A stretch of DNA of 64,000 nucleotides from Patescibacteria group bacterium. Its GTDB lineage: Bacteria; Patescibacteriota; Patescibacteriia; JBDRGY01. Below the pieces are notes generated by a model. That model did no database searches and had not been told where the DNA came from. It worked only from the letters and a program-made list of their open reading frames with translations. A program made the position numbers and the translations under genes. The stretch is from assembly GCA_043817315.1 (NCBI GenBank), contig JBDRGY010000001.1:78702-142701 (forward strand). The letters run 5' to 3'. Of the stretch, positions 7,849-19,000 are shown in pieces; position 1 is the stretch's first letter; the number at the start of each line of letters is the position of its first letter.

Positions 7849-10400
7849 TGAACAGTCTGCCGTCAATTAACACTCCCAGTTTTTCTTGGGACACTATCTT
7901 TAATAATCAGATTTTTGTTATCGTAGCGACTTTAGTAGTCGTTATTTTTGTTCTCTGGTTAATGATATTTACTTTACGTAAAACGATTGCCAGGCAGCGC
8001 CGGCTTTCTAATACCTTTTCCATGGTAACCTTGATGGTTACTGTGCCCAAAGAAAGTCTGGATGAAGACGATGAGCGAAAACCGCTCGAGGAAAAATTGG
8101 CTGTTGCCGAAGCCTTTATGTCCACGGTCGGTGGCATGATCTCTCAAAAGGGGATCAGGGCGTTTCTCTTAGGCCGCTCTGACCACTTTGCTTTTGAGAT
8201 TGTTGCCAACAAAGGATTGATTTCTTTTTATGTCACTGTACCTTGCTATATGCAGCAGTATATGGAACAGCAGATTCAAGCCCAATATCACCGGTCCCAG
8301 ATTGAAGTGGTAGAAGATTACAATATTTTTACCCCACGAGGAGTTATCGAAGCCGCCTACCTCAAGCTGAAAAAGAGATCAATGTTCCCAATTTTAACTT
8401 ATAAAAAGTTAGGATCTGATCCTTTAAATTCCTTAACCAATGTTTTGAGCAAATTTCAGGAAGATGAAGGTGCTGTTCTGCAAATCATGGCCCGGTCTTC
8501 CCATCCGGCTTGGCACAAGGCTGGAGCCAAAGTAGCTACCGAGATGAGCCAGGGGAAAAATGTAAAAGATGCTATGAAATCCAGCAACCCAAGTATTTTA
8601 GGTCAGATTGGCAAGACTGCACTGGCCTCTACCAAGAAGAGTAAAAAAGACGATTACGAATATGATGAACCGAGACGTTTAACTCCCATGGAAGAAGAAA
8701 CGGTAAAGGGTTTGGAAGAAAAAACGGCTAAAGCGGGCTTGGATGTCAACATTAGAATCATAGTCTCTTCACCTGATGGTCAAAGAGCCAAGGCCAATAT
8801 TCGAAACATTGCTGATGCTTTTTCTCAATACAGCGGTTATGAGTATATCAACGCTTTCGTTAAAAAAAGAGTTTGGCGCAAGAGTAAAATTATCAGAGAC
8901 TTCATCTATCGCAATTTCTCTGAGAAGAATAAATTTATATTAAACGCCGAAGAGATAGCTTCCGTTTATCATTTTCCATTGCCCAATACAGAAACACCCA
9001 ATATTCGCTGGTTGGTCGCCAAGAAATCAGCCCCTCCGGTCAACATGCCCCAAGAAGGCTTGATCCTGGGTCGTAATTTCTATCGGGGCCTGGAGACTCA
9101 AATCCGCATTAAAAGAGACGACCGGCGTCGTCATATTTATATCATTGGTAAATCCGGTACTGGAAAATCTGTTTTAATTTCTTCAATGGCTATTCAGGAT
9201 ATTCAGAACGGCGAAGGAGTCTGTGTTGTCGATCCCCATGGTGATTTAATCGAATACATTTTAGCTCACATACCTAAAGAGCGAGCAGAAGACGTGGCCG
9301 TCTTTGCGCCGGCCGATATGGAAAAACCGGTTGGTCTAAATATGTTAGAAGCTGACTCGGTGGAAGATCAGGATTTTGCCATCCAGGAAATGATTGCCAT
9401 TTTCTATAAACTATTCCCGCCGGAGATGATTGGGCCTATGTTCGAACATAATATGAGAAACGTGATGTTGACCCTGATGGCCGACAAAGAAAATCCTGGT
9501 ACTATCGCCGAGATTCCCCGTATGTTTACTGATCCTGCTTTTCAAAAATACAAATTGACTAAAGTAACTGACCCCGTTGTTAGAAATTTTTGGGAGAAAG
9601 AGATGGCTAAAACTACCGATTTTCACAAATCCGAAATGTTGGGTTATCTAATATCGAAAGTAGGCCGCTTTGTCGAAAACGAGATGATGAGGAATATTAT
9701 TGGCCAACCCAAGTCCGGTTTTGACATCAGAGAGATAATGGATAAGCAGAAGATATTACTGGTCAATCTGTCTAAAGGTAAAGTAGGTGAGGTCAATAGC
9801 GACCTTCTGGGCTTGATTATAGTTTCCAAGTTGCAGATGGCTGCCCTCAATCGGGGTGATATTCCCGAGGAAGAACGTAAAGATTTTTATCTCTATATAG
9901 ATGAGTTTCAAAACTATGCTACTGACAGTATTGCCACTATTTTATCCGAGGCCAGAAAGTACCGTCTCAATCTGACCATGGCTCACCAATACATTGGGCA
10001 GTTAGTAAAAAATAATGATACCCAGATCCGCGATGCGGTTTTGGGCACCACTGGTACTATGGTGGCCTTTAAAGTGGGAGTAGACGATGCCGAGGTTATG
10101 GCCAAAGTGTTTGACCCAGTTTTTGACGAGTACGATGTGCTTAATGTTGAAAAGTTTACTGCCTACATTAAGTTACTGGTTGACAACCAGGCCTCTCGCG
10201 CTTTCAACATGCACACCTATCCGCCGGTGCCGGGTAATAAGGAGCTGGCTCATAAGATTAAAGAATTATCACGTTTAAAATATGGCCGACCCAAATCCAA
10301 GGTGCAGGCCGAAATCATGAATCGGTCGCAGTTGGGAGAACCCAGTAAGCCGTCACCATCTTTGGGAACGCAGGATTTAGGTCGGGAACCTAAGGCCTAA
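7848..10400 (+). CDS. VirD4/TraD-like (type IV secretion coupling / HerA-FtsK superfamily) membrane ATPase
   Basis: N-terminal TM; DRRRHIYIIGKSGTGKS Walker A; VDPHGD; LYIDEFQN Walker B; LSEARKYRLNLTMAHQY. Confidence 0.85.
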   Translation: MNSLPSINTPSFSWDTIFNNQIFVIVATLVVVIFVLWLMIFTLRKTIARQRRLSNTFSMVTLMVTVPKESLDEDDERKPLEEKLAVAEAFMSTVGGMISQKGIRAFLLGRSDHFAFEIVANKGLISFYVTVPCYMQQYMEQQIQAQYHRSQIEVVEDYNIFTPRGVIEAAYLKLKKRSMFPILTYKKLGSDPLNSLTNVLSKFQEDEGAVLQIMARSSHPAWHKAGAKVATEMSQGKNVKDAMKSSNPSILGQIGKTALASTKKSKKDDYEYDEPRRLTPMEEETVKGLEEKTAKAGLDVNIRIIVSSPDGQRAKANIRNIADAFSQYSGYEYINAFVKKRVWRKSKIIRDFIYRNFSEKNKFILNAEEIASVYHFPLPNTETPNIRWLVAKKSAPPVNMPQEGLILGRNFYRGLETQIRIKRDDRRRHIYIIGKSGTGKSVLISSMAIQDIQNGEGVCVVDPHGDLIEYILAHIPKERAEDVAVFAPADMEKPVGLNMLEADSVEDQDFAIQEMIAIFYKLFPPEMIGPMFEHNMRNVMLTLMADKENPGTIAEIPRMFTDPAFQKYKLTKVTDPVVRNFWEKEMAKTTDFHKSEMLGYLISKVGRFVENEMMRNIIGQPKSGFDIREIMDKQKILLVNLSKGKVGEVNSDLLGLIIVSKLQMAALNRGDIPEEERKDFYLYIDEFQNYATDSIATILSEARKYRLNLTMAHQYIGQLVKNNDTQIRDAVLGTTGTMVAFKVGVDDAEVMAKVFDPVFDEYDVLNVEKFTAYIKLLVDNQASRAFNMHTYPPVPGNKELAHKIKELSRLKYGRPKSKVQAEIMNRSQLGEPSKPSPSLGTQDLGREPKA

Positions 10401-10403
10401 ACA

Positions 10404-13190
10404 ATGACCCGGTTAGCAACAAAAACAAAATTAAGAGAAAAAACAGCAGTCGCTTATATCATTTTGACTGCTACTGTTAGCGCAGCGGCTTTAATAGCCG
10501 CTGTTTTTGTTATCTTCCGGGTTAATAGTGTTGATATTGAACCAGCACCAGCCAGAAGTGTTGTTAGCTGCGGTAGTGTCATTACCACGGATACTTTTTT
10601 AACTGCTGATTTGTTGGATTGTACCGGTAATGGTATAGAAATTGGAGCCGATGACATAATTCTTGATTGCCAGGATCATCTGATAACCGGACCAGGTAAG
10701 AGTACTAATTATACTGGAATCGAGATAAACCGTAGGTCTGGAGTAAAGATAAGGGGATGTAATGTTTACAACTTCGGAAAGGGATTTGACGTTCATGGTG
10801 TATTTGGTCAGCCATCTACTAATAATATCTTAATTAATAACGTAGCTTTTAATAATAATTTTGGAATATATATCAAAGAATCATTTGGTAATGGTTTATA
10901 CCGAAACGTAGCTAGCAATAATAATCACGGAATATATATAGGTTATTATACACAGGATAATATTTTAGAAAATAATATTGTTAACGGTAATAACCAGTAC
11001 GGTATTAAGCTGTATAACAGTGATGGGAACAAGTTTATTGCCAATACCGCCAACTGGAACGGTGAAAACCTGAGTGGTGATAAAGATTTTTGGTGTGAAG
11101 GTGGCGTTGACAACCAATGGGAAGATAATTTATGTAAAGGGATTACCGATTGTTCTGGCTTGACATGTTATCAGTATGGGCAGTTTGACTCAACAGGAAT
11201 AAATAATAATTTAGTTTTCAATCCTGGCTTTGAAATGGATTATAGTATTAACTACCAAGGTTGTTATGGCGGGTGTGATCGTGGTTTTGGCAATCATAAA
11301 CCAGACGGTTGGATTTGGGATGACATCGAAGACAACTTTGATTATATAGAGAATGGAGCAGGTTGTTTTAATGAAAGATGCATCAAGCTAAACTCGGTTG
11401 ATGATGAATGGATTGGGGTAGGACAAGTTTTTGAGGTAGAGCCAGCTGAATCCTATACCCTGGTAGCCTATATGAAATACGAAGGCGATGGAACAGATAC
11501 AGCCTATATGCATATCTATGAATGTGCTGAATGGGAAGGTGATTCTTGTGTTAGCGGAGCCGGTTGGACAACGGAAAAAGTCTATGGTAATTCCAGTGAC
11601 TGGGAAAGGGTTGAGATTGATTTTCAATTAGATCCTACAACCAACTATGTAAGAGTTTGGGCCGGGATTTATGATGATCCGGGCAATTATGTGTGGTTAG
11701 ACAATCTACAATTTTCTAAAAATGGGGACCTGGATCAATATACTATTATGGATACCCACGGCCTTCAGACGATAGGGGAACAAGTTTTGGTTAGGCAACA
11801 CGCAATTTTTAATCCCGACGATCCTGCCAACCCCACGCCTGTGAATTATCAGTGGCTGGCTGAGGGTCAGTGGGGTCAGGGCTGGGCTGAAATATCGAGA
11901 GTAGTTCTATCGGAGGATAATGAGATTGGGGAATTTAAAGTAAACCCCTTGAACGATATGTGTTTAAACCAATCAGGACTAAAATGTGAACCGATTGCTG
12001 CTAATAATTATTGCCAGGCTCTGGGTTACGGAGAATATCTGGATGGTACTATGGCTTGTGATGGGGAACAGCACCTAATGGGTAATTGGGCCAACAGCGA
12101 CATCGATCCATTGCATTTCAATTGTGGATCCGGTGGTAGCGACGAGTGGATAGAGAGTATGAGCTGCTTCAAGGCAACACCACCTCCGGAATATTATAAC
12201 CAAGACCACTTTGATACCTATTTTTCACTAATGGATGCGGAATTTTCCTTTTGTGGCGATGGCGTAATTACTGAGACTGCAGAAGAATGTGAGGCTGATG
12301 CAGATTGTGCTACAGGAGAAGAATGTTGGTATTGTAAGTGTGTTAGCAAGCATGAGCCTAATGATACCAACTGCAGCAGTAATTCGGAAAATGGAGAGTA
12401 CCTTCTTCATGGCAATGATACTAAATGGTCCTGCCAGTTGATGACTGTGAAAAGTAACGAAGAAATTAATTTTTTAGATTATATAGTTGATGACGCTATA
12501 GATTGTTGTATTACTCCTCAGGGAATTGTTTCGAATAATCATAGGGAGCTGTGTGATTTTGTCCATTCAGAATATGGGTTCTTAACTTCCAGAGATTGTG
12601 TGACTAGATTTATTGGTACTGGGTTAAGTGATACCCACAATTCTGTTAGTAATTTTGGTAATAAAACCCCCTGGATACAGAATTATTATTACCCGGAACT
12701 ATGTTGTTATGCTGGCAAAGATCGGGGTGACCAATTATGTTCTGATGGAGGGGGCACTCCGGGAATTTGTAGCCCTGATCAAGTAAATGGAATTGCTTAT
12801 AACGATTACGTTTTGGGATTAGATTGTTCTGATTATGATTGTAACTTTCATGATCAATCAGCACTAAAAAGCTCCACAATATTGAATAGCGGTACGTGTG
12901 TTGATTGGTCTTTACTAACCACGACCTTATTGAGAAAGGCAGGCCGGCATTATGCTAATCCGGGGGAAGGTGATCTGATTCTTTCTGCTGATGAGGATGG
13001 CCATTTTGCTAACCTAGTTTGGGTGGATGAGGTCGGTACCTGGGTTTTTATGGACTATGGTAGACTTTACTTTGATCCCGAAAACGCCTGGTGGGACTAC
13101 TGTGATAAAATAGAAGGCTGCGGCCACGAAAATCAATGGTTAGGCTGCACCAGATCTTGGGCTAGTGATAATGTATATGGATGCGATTAA
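10404..13190 (+). CDS. Membrane-anchored surface protein: NosD/CASH beta-helix + CBM4/9-like domain + Cys-rich region + C-terminal transglutaminase-like domain
   Basis: N-anchor; NNxxGIY beta-helix repeats; NLVFNPGFE...WLDNLQF; GTCVDWSLLTTTLLRKAG...GHFANLV...WVFMD (Cys-His-Asp). Confidence 0.7.
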   Translation: MTRLATKTKLREKTAVAYIILTATVSAAALIAAVFVIFRVNSVDIEPAPARSVVSCGSVITTDTFLTADLLDCTGNGIEIGADDIILDCQDHLITGPGKSTNYTGIEINRRSGVKIRGCNVYNFGKGFDVHGVFGQPSTNNILINNVAFNNNFGIYIKESFGNGLYRNVASNNNHGIYIGYYTQDNILENNIVNGNNQYGIKLYNSDGNKFIANTANWNGENLSGDKDFWCEGGVDNQWEDNLCKGITDCSGLTCYQYGQFDSTGINNNLVFNPGFEMDYSINYQGCYGGCDRGFGNHKPDGWIWDDIEDNFDYIENGAGCFNERCIKLNSVDDEWIGVGQVFEVEPAESYTLVAYMKYEGDGTDTAYMHIYECAEWEGDSCVSGAGWTTEKVYGNSSDWERVEIDFQLDPTTNYVRVWAGIYDDPGNYVWLDNLQFSKNGDLDQYTIMDTHGLQTIGEQVLVRQHAIFNPDDPANPTPVNYQWLAEGQWGQGWAEISRVVLSEDNEIGEFKVNPLNDMCLNQSGLKCEPIAANNYCQALGYGEYLDGTMACDGEQHLMGNWANSDIDPLHFNCGSGGSDEWIESMSCFKATPPPEYYNQDHFDTYFSLMDAEFSFCGDGVITETAEECEADADCATGEECWYCKCVSKHEPNDTNCSSNSENGEYLLHGNDTKWSCQLMTVKSNEEINFLDYIVDDAIDCCITPQGIVSNNHRELCDFVHSEYGFLTSRDCVTRFIGTGLSDTHNSVSNFGNKTPWIQNYYYPELCCYAGKDRGDQLCSDGGGTPGICSPDQVNGIAYNDYVLGLDCSDYDCNFHDQSALKSSTILNSGTCVDWSLLTTTLLRKAGRHYANPGEGDLILSADEDGHFANLVWVDEVGTWVFMDYGRLYFDPENAWWDYCDKIEGCGHENQWLGCTRSWASDNVYGCD

Positions 13191-13205
13191 TTTAATATTT
13201 CTAAT

Positions 13206-13946
13206 ATGAAAATTTCTCCAAAAATTACTTTTCCTATTATTGGATTGATCTGCCTAATTAGTGTCGGATCAGTTTGGGCTTTATCTGACAAAAAAGTTGA
13301 AGCACAGCCAGAGGAAGTCGATGGTATGAGAGCCAATCGCTTAACTATTCAGCCCACTCAAACTATTAATGTTTTAGCTAATGTTCGATACAGCAAGGAT
13401 TTGGAGTCGGTTAATTACACGGTCGGTGAATTATTAAACACTGAGTTTGTCGTCTATAATCAATCAAAACAAAAAATGAGTTTTAAAGTGATCCGAGAAG
13501 TTCTGCCCGATGAGGAAATCACTGAATCCAGAAACGCTGAGTTAAAGTATTTTTCCATGGAACACTACCAAGTACCCTACCTCGAATACACAGTAGATTT
13601 AGCAGGAGAAACAGCTACTGCTATGGAAGTAAAGTCCAAGTATAATAGTTTGCCAGTTAATGGAAAGTTGACATTACCCCGGATAGATATTATTGATATT
13701 GACTCCGGAAGAGTAATTGCTAATTCAAGTCCCACCATAATAAAAATCAATTGTCTGGAAGATAAAACTTGTAACATTAAAAACGGCGAGAACTTCCGCA
13801 ACTGCCCGGCTGATTGTCCTTCTGGATCCGATGATAGTTATTGTGATATGGAAAAAGACGGTAAATGCGATCCCAATTGTTTAATGGAATTAGATAAAGA
13901 TTGTAAGAAAGGAGAGGGGATAACCACTATCCCCAAAATAGAATAG
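13206..13946 (+). CDS. Exported Ig-like protein with Cys-rich C-terminus
   Basis: Signal peptide (SVWA|L); C-terminal ENFRNCPADC..DSYCD..DGKCDPNC module. Confidence 0.7.
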   Translation: MKISPKITFPIIGLICLISVGSVWALSDKKVEAQPEEVDGMRANRLTIQPTQTINVLANVRYSKDLESVNYTVGELLNTEFVVYNQSKQKMSFKVIREVLPDEEITESRNAELKYFSMEHYQVPYLEYTVDLAGETATAMEVKSKYNSLPVNGKLTLPRIDIIDIDSGRVIANSSPTIIKINCLEDKTCNIKNGENFRNCPADCPSGSDDSYCDMEKDGKCDPNCLMELDKDCKKGEGITTIPKIE

Positions 13947-13958
13947 AAAAAGGATTTT

Positions 13959-15908
13959 ATGCCCCATCGTCATCTAAACATTACCTTAATCTTTTTAGCC
14001 GCTACCTGGCTGATGGTAGCCAGCTTTTATTTTTGGGAGGATTGGCAGATCGATCCCGCCGCAGGACAAGAAATATTATCCATTACTGGTTATTCTCCTA
14101 CCATTCCGGTCTTAACTCCTGGTTCTACCGGTTTCACTTTGCAGGTCAACACCTCACTGGGGTCAGATTGTAAACATGGTGACCAAGGCCAAACCTATGA
14201 GCAAATGTCTAATCAGTTCAATGGCGACGGTACCTTAATACATACGGCAGAAATTTCCAACTTAGTTAGCGGTCCCACTTACCATTATTATGTCCGCTGC
14301 CAAACCGGAGCTCAGACAACTGAGGAACTGGATCTGAGCTATCGAGTTATACCGGCCATTGATTATGATTTTCCCAGATTAACCAATACCTTTTACGGGG
14401 ATATTAATAATGATAATTTAGATGAATTATCAAGATATGATTTATTAGCGATCACCACTTTTTATCAGAAGGCAGCCCAGCAGAATAAGATTAAAACCAT
14501 TAGGGAATATAATTCGGAAATTACTATTTTGCCGTATCTATTGATTAGAGATACTCACAAAGACCTAACTGATCCCAGTCTGATTGATTATCCGTTAAAG
14601 GAACAAATTTTTGAAAACAATTGGTTCTTATACCAACCTTATACCACGATTGTCGGTGATATTGATGAATACGCTACTTCTATTCAAGTGACTGATATCA
14701 ACAAATTGGATCTTGATTTGGAAGGAGCGGATATAAATAATTATATAGCCGTAGAAGATGAATACATGGAGGTTACTGATATTGTTGGTGATACCTTGAC
14801 TGTGGTACGCGGTCATCAATCAGATGCAGTATCGCATACTGACGGGGATCAGATCAGGGCCCATATTATTCTTTGGCTGGGTTTACATCCTGCCCTTAAC
14901 CTGAGTACTGATTGGAATTTGGCTGTGCCAGAATTTGTGGAGACCACTTTGATCCCCTCCGGACTTTGGGATGGGGTTTATTACGATGCGGTTGCAGAAA
15001 ATCTGTACAGCCGTGGTTTTGATACAGATATTGATAATGATGGAATAGCTGACGATGACGAAACTAAGTTACTGCATAAAGCTGGCATTGGCACGCTTTT
15101 TAATCAAACCAGAAATATCAGCTCTGATATTTATATCGTGGGCAATGGCTATTACACTTTCTATCAATACGGTAATGGTATAGAATATGAAACTTTTACA
15201 GGGTTGGATGGATCTAACTGGTCAGCCCATATGATAGGATATTTAGAATGGCAAGAAAGTGGTTTAGACCCTCATATCGATATAATAAATATGAAATGTA
15301 ACAATAGCGGCAATGATACTTTGTGCCAGCAGGAATACCAAAAAATGCGTTATGGTCTTACCTCAACACTAATCGGAGATGGCTTCTATCTTTTTGACGG
15401 AGGGGGTACTGGACATAATAAACTGTATTGGTTTGATGAATATTCTGTTGATTTGGCTACGGGCATTCCGACCACTCCTACTGCGGAAAATGATTTCGTG
15501 GGAAAGGGTTATCTGGGTCAGCCAAGCGGTGACTACTCGATTTTAGCTAATGGAGTTTACCGCCGTAATTTTGCCAATGGTGTAGTCTTAGTCAATCCAA
15601 CTGAATCAGAACAAGATGTTGAATTGGGAGAGACCCTGCGGCGGATTCAAGGAGTTCAAGATACCAATGTTAATATTGGGGGGGAGGTGTCAATCGTTAC
15701 TATAGCTTCTGAAGACGGCATAGTTCTACTCAGTCAGATTTGTGATGAAGATTGGCAGTGTACTGAATGGTCTGAGTGTATTGACAGTCAACGATCAAGG
15801 ACTTGTACTGATCAAAACGAATGTGGTACCGTAGAAAACCAACCAGTAGGAACTCAAGCGTGTGATTCAAATTCTCCAGCAGATATTTACGATTTATTCT
15901 TAGATTAA
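13959..15908 (+). CDS. Secreted putative glycoside hydrolase (GHL15-like barrel) with Ig-like domain, TSP1-like repeat and 14-aa C-terminal tag
   Basis: Signal peptide ..PAAG; LWDGVYYD, YRRNFANGVVLVNP motifs; ends ..CDSNSPADIYDLFLD. Confidence 0.7.
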   Translation: MPHRHLNITLIFLAATWLMVASFYFWEDWQIDPAAGQEILSITGYSPTIPVLTPGSTGFTLQVNTSLGSDCKHGDQGQTYEQMSNQFNGDGTLIHTAEISNLVSGPTYHYYVRCQTGAQTTEELDLSYRVIPAIDYDFPRLTNTFYGDINNDNLDELSRYDLLAITTFYQKAAQQNKIKTIREYNSEITILPYLLIRDTHKDLTDPSLIDYPLKEQIFENNWFLYQPYTTIVGDIDEYATSIQVTDINKLDLDLEGADINNYIAVEDEYMEVTDIVGDTLTVVRGHQSDAVSHTDGDQIRAHIILWLGLHPALNLSTDWNLAVPEFVETTLIPSGLWDGVYYDAVAENLYSRGFDTDIDNDGIADDDETKLLHKAGIGTLFNQTRNISSDIYIVGNGYYTFYQYGNGIEYETFTGLDGSNWSAHMIGYLEWQESGLDPHIDIINMKCNNSGNDTLCQQEYQKMRYGLTSTLIGDGFYLFDGGGTGHNKLYWFDEYSVDLATGIPTTPTAENDFVGKGYLGQPSGDYSILANGVYRRNFANGVVLVNPTESEQDVELGETLRRIQGVQDTNVNIGGEVSIVTIASEDGIVLLSQICDEDWQCTEWSECIDSQRSRTCTDQNECGTVENQPVGTQACDSNSPADIYDLFLD

Positions 15909-15909
15909 T

Positions 15910-16035
15910 ATGGCTAATTTTCCTAGAAAGTATGTCTATCCAATCGTGACCGGCGTCAATTGTATAACCGAGCTGGATAAAGATTGTAAACAGGGAGAGG
16001 GAATAACCAATGTTCCCGATATCCCTAAAACCTAA
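15910..16035 (+). pseudogene. 41-aa chimeric remnant ORF MANFPRKYVYPIVTGVNCITELDKDCKQGEGITNVPDIPKT
   Basis: Translated by hand. The N-part matches the start of 19161 (MINFPRKIIYPVV); the C-part matches the end of 13206 (NCLMELDKDCKKGEGITTIP). The stop abuts ATG 16036. Confidence 0.75.
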
Positions 16036-19000
16036 ATGAAAATAACCCACAAAAATCTGGATCGGGTTTTAATCTTTATGGGTATCTTCTGGTTGTTTAC
16101 CGGCTATTTTTTTGTGTCTAGTGAATTTAGAGCGATGGCAGCCGGAAATACCTATTATGTAGCCGAAACTGGATGTTCAGACTCTGGTCCGGGAACAGCC
16201 GGTGAACCTTGGTGTGCTATCGCCAAAGCAGCATCTACTTTGCAAGCAGGAGATACTGTCTTGGTTCAAGATGGAACTTATATTGTCTCTCAGATCAATC
16301 CAACATATTCAGGAATAAGTGGCAGCCCAATAACATTTAAAGCCAACGGGGACAATGTGATACTTGATGGTTCAGGAACCCATGCTTTCTGGCTGCGTAA
16401 TCGAAATTATGTGACTCTTGATGGTTTCGAATTTATAAATTCAGAGGCTTGCGTTATGGTTTATCCCTCTTCTTCTACCATGACAGGGATAACATTAAAG
16501 AACTTTTATTCAAATGCAGGATGCAGAATTGGGATTTATACCTCAGATTTTGAATATGGATTAGAAGACTATCTAGTAGAAAATATTCACTTTATAAGTG
16601 CAGGTGGTATTGGCATGAATGGTGCCAATGGTGGAATATTAAGAAATTGCCTGTTAGATTGTACTGCAACTGCAGGTTCAGGAGGATGCAATACAGGGAT
16701 AAACAATGGAAACAACATTTTAATAGAAAACAATCAATTTCTTTTTGTAAATGAACATACAATCAACATAGGACACAGTGATCCAGCAAAGGGATGTACA
16801 AATGTTGTTGTCAGAAACAATCTATTTTACAGAATTCATGATGTAAAAATTGACGCTGGAAATGATAATGTAGATGTTTTACACAACACTTTTGTCCTAG
16901 AAAAAGATGCAGGCTGGAGCTCGATAAATAATCCGGAAGTCTATCCTTCAACGGATATAACTGTTAAGGATAATCTATTTGTCCAAACCGGTTGGACGCA
17001 TATCCCCCTTAGTAGATTATCCGAAAGCGATCATAATTATTGGGTTAGTGGCTGGCCAGATTCGAGCAGTGCCGTTATATACGGCAATCTTTTACTGGCA
17101 GATTGGCAAGCAGCCAGTGGAAATATCCATGATCTAAATTCCCATCAAGATCTAGGTTTGGATAGATATAACATTTTTGTTGATCCGGATAATTATGATT
17201 TTACTCCCCAGGCTAATTCTTGGCTTTGCCAAGATGGTAATGAAGGTTCTGATGGAGAAACAATTGGAGCCTTGTCTTGTGCCGGCGGGGGTGCGGCAGC
17301 AGTTTGCTCTGACGGAGAGATTACCGAAACTTGCGATTGTGGTGGCACTGACTATGATACCGGTTATTGTTGCGCCGGAGTTTATCAAGATAGTGATTGT
17401 AGTGTTGACGATATATCAATAATCCACTCACCGGAATATGTAGCTCATAGCACGGAAACTGCAAGTATCAACCTAACAGTTACTACCAATTACCTATCGA
17501 CCTGTAAATACGACACCAACAGTGGGACTGACTATGCCAGTATGCCCAATACCATGACTGGTTCGGACACTTCTCATACAGCTACCCTGTCCGGGCTGGA
17601 ATCGGGTACTACATATAATTACTACGTTCGTTGCAGTACTTCTTTTGGAACCACAGAAAATGATCACGAAATTGTCTATCGTGTTTTACCGGAATACGAT
17701 GATCAATATCCCAGACTTGGTTTGGTCCTACACGGTTGCATTATTGAAGATGCAGCAACAGTAGAGCAGGCGGCCCGTTACGATTTGTTAGTCTTGCATA
17801 AATATCACACCGAATACGAAGGCCGGTATTGTAATCCCGATCGCTTGGAAGAAATCAGAGCTTTAAGTCCCAGAACCAAAATGTTTGTCCATCAGCCTCA
17901 GAGCTATGCCTATCATCCTTTGGAAACCTGGCCAGGGGATGGATCTTATCCGGCGGCTGGTCATATCCTTTATGATTGGTTAGACGGAGTTGTCCATTAT
18001 GGTGATCCGGAAGACAGATGGACCTTGACTGATACAGCTGGTGACACCATTTGGGAATTATCCAATACTTCTTGGGATGTTGCAGTAATGGACATTACCC
18101 CTTACTGCCCGGTAGCTGATGGAACGGTGGACTACAATTACAATAGCAACAACGTTGATTATACTAAGGAAACCTTGATTGACCCGGGTATTTGGGATGG
18201 AGTGTTTTGGGATAGCTTATACAATAATATTAACTGGATGAACAGCAGTATAGAGCCGGATATCGACATTGATCACGATGGAGTGGCCGATACTAATGAT
18301 TTTTCCACCGCTCAATGGACAGCTGGCATCAATGATTTTTACAGCAAGGCCAGAAATTACATGGGAGAAGATATTTGGTTTATCGGTAATGGAAATCATG
18401 ATCAGTATCAGTACGGTAACGGAGAAATGATCGAAGGTTGGTGGAGCAATAGGACTTGGCGAGAAAGAATAGATGCTTTTGATAATTGGAACAGCAATGG
18501 CCAAGAGCCGGATTTCAATATGGTGGTCGGTCCTTATAATTCCGAGGAAATGCCAGCGACCCACAATTATCGGGTACCGCGTTGGGCATTTACTTTTTCT
18601 TTATTAACCGGTTCCTATTACGAAATGTTTGATGATGAAGTTGGTTATACAGAATTCTACTGGCTAGACGAATACGCAGTTGATTTAACCAGCGGGGAAG
18701 CGGTAATACCCACTGAAGCCAATGATTGGTTAGGAAAAAATTATCTGGGAGAGGCCGAAGATGATGCTTATGAGCTGGATGTTAATCCTACTTCTTATCC
18801 GCAAGGTGTCTGGAGAAGAGATTTTGCAAATGGGATAGTTTTAGCTAATCCGAATAGTCCATCAGTAACCATTGATTTAGGCGGTGAATACAGAAAGATT
18901 TTAGGAACGCAGGATCCGATAAATGATGGTTCAACTGTTTCCCAGATAACCTTAACTGGTAGTAACGGCATCATTCTCCTTAAACCGGCTTGCGAAGAAG

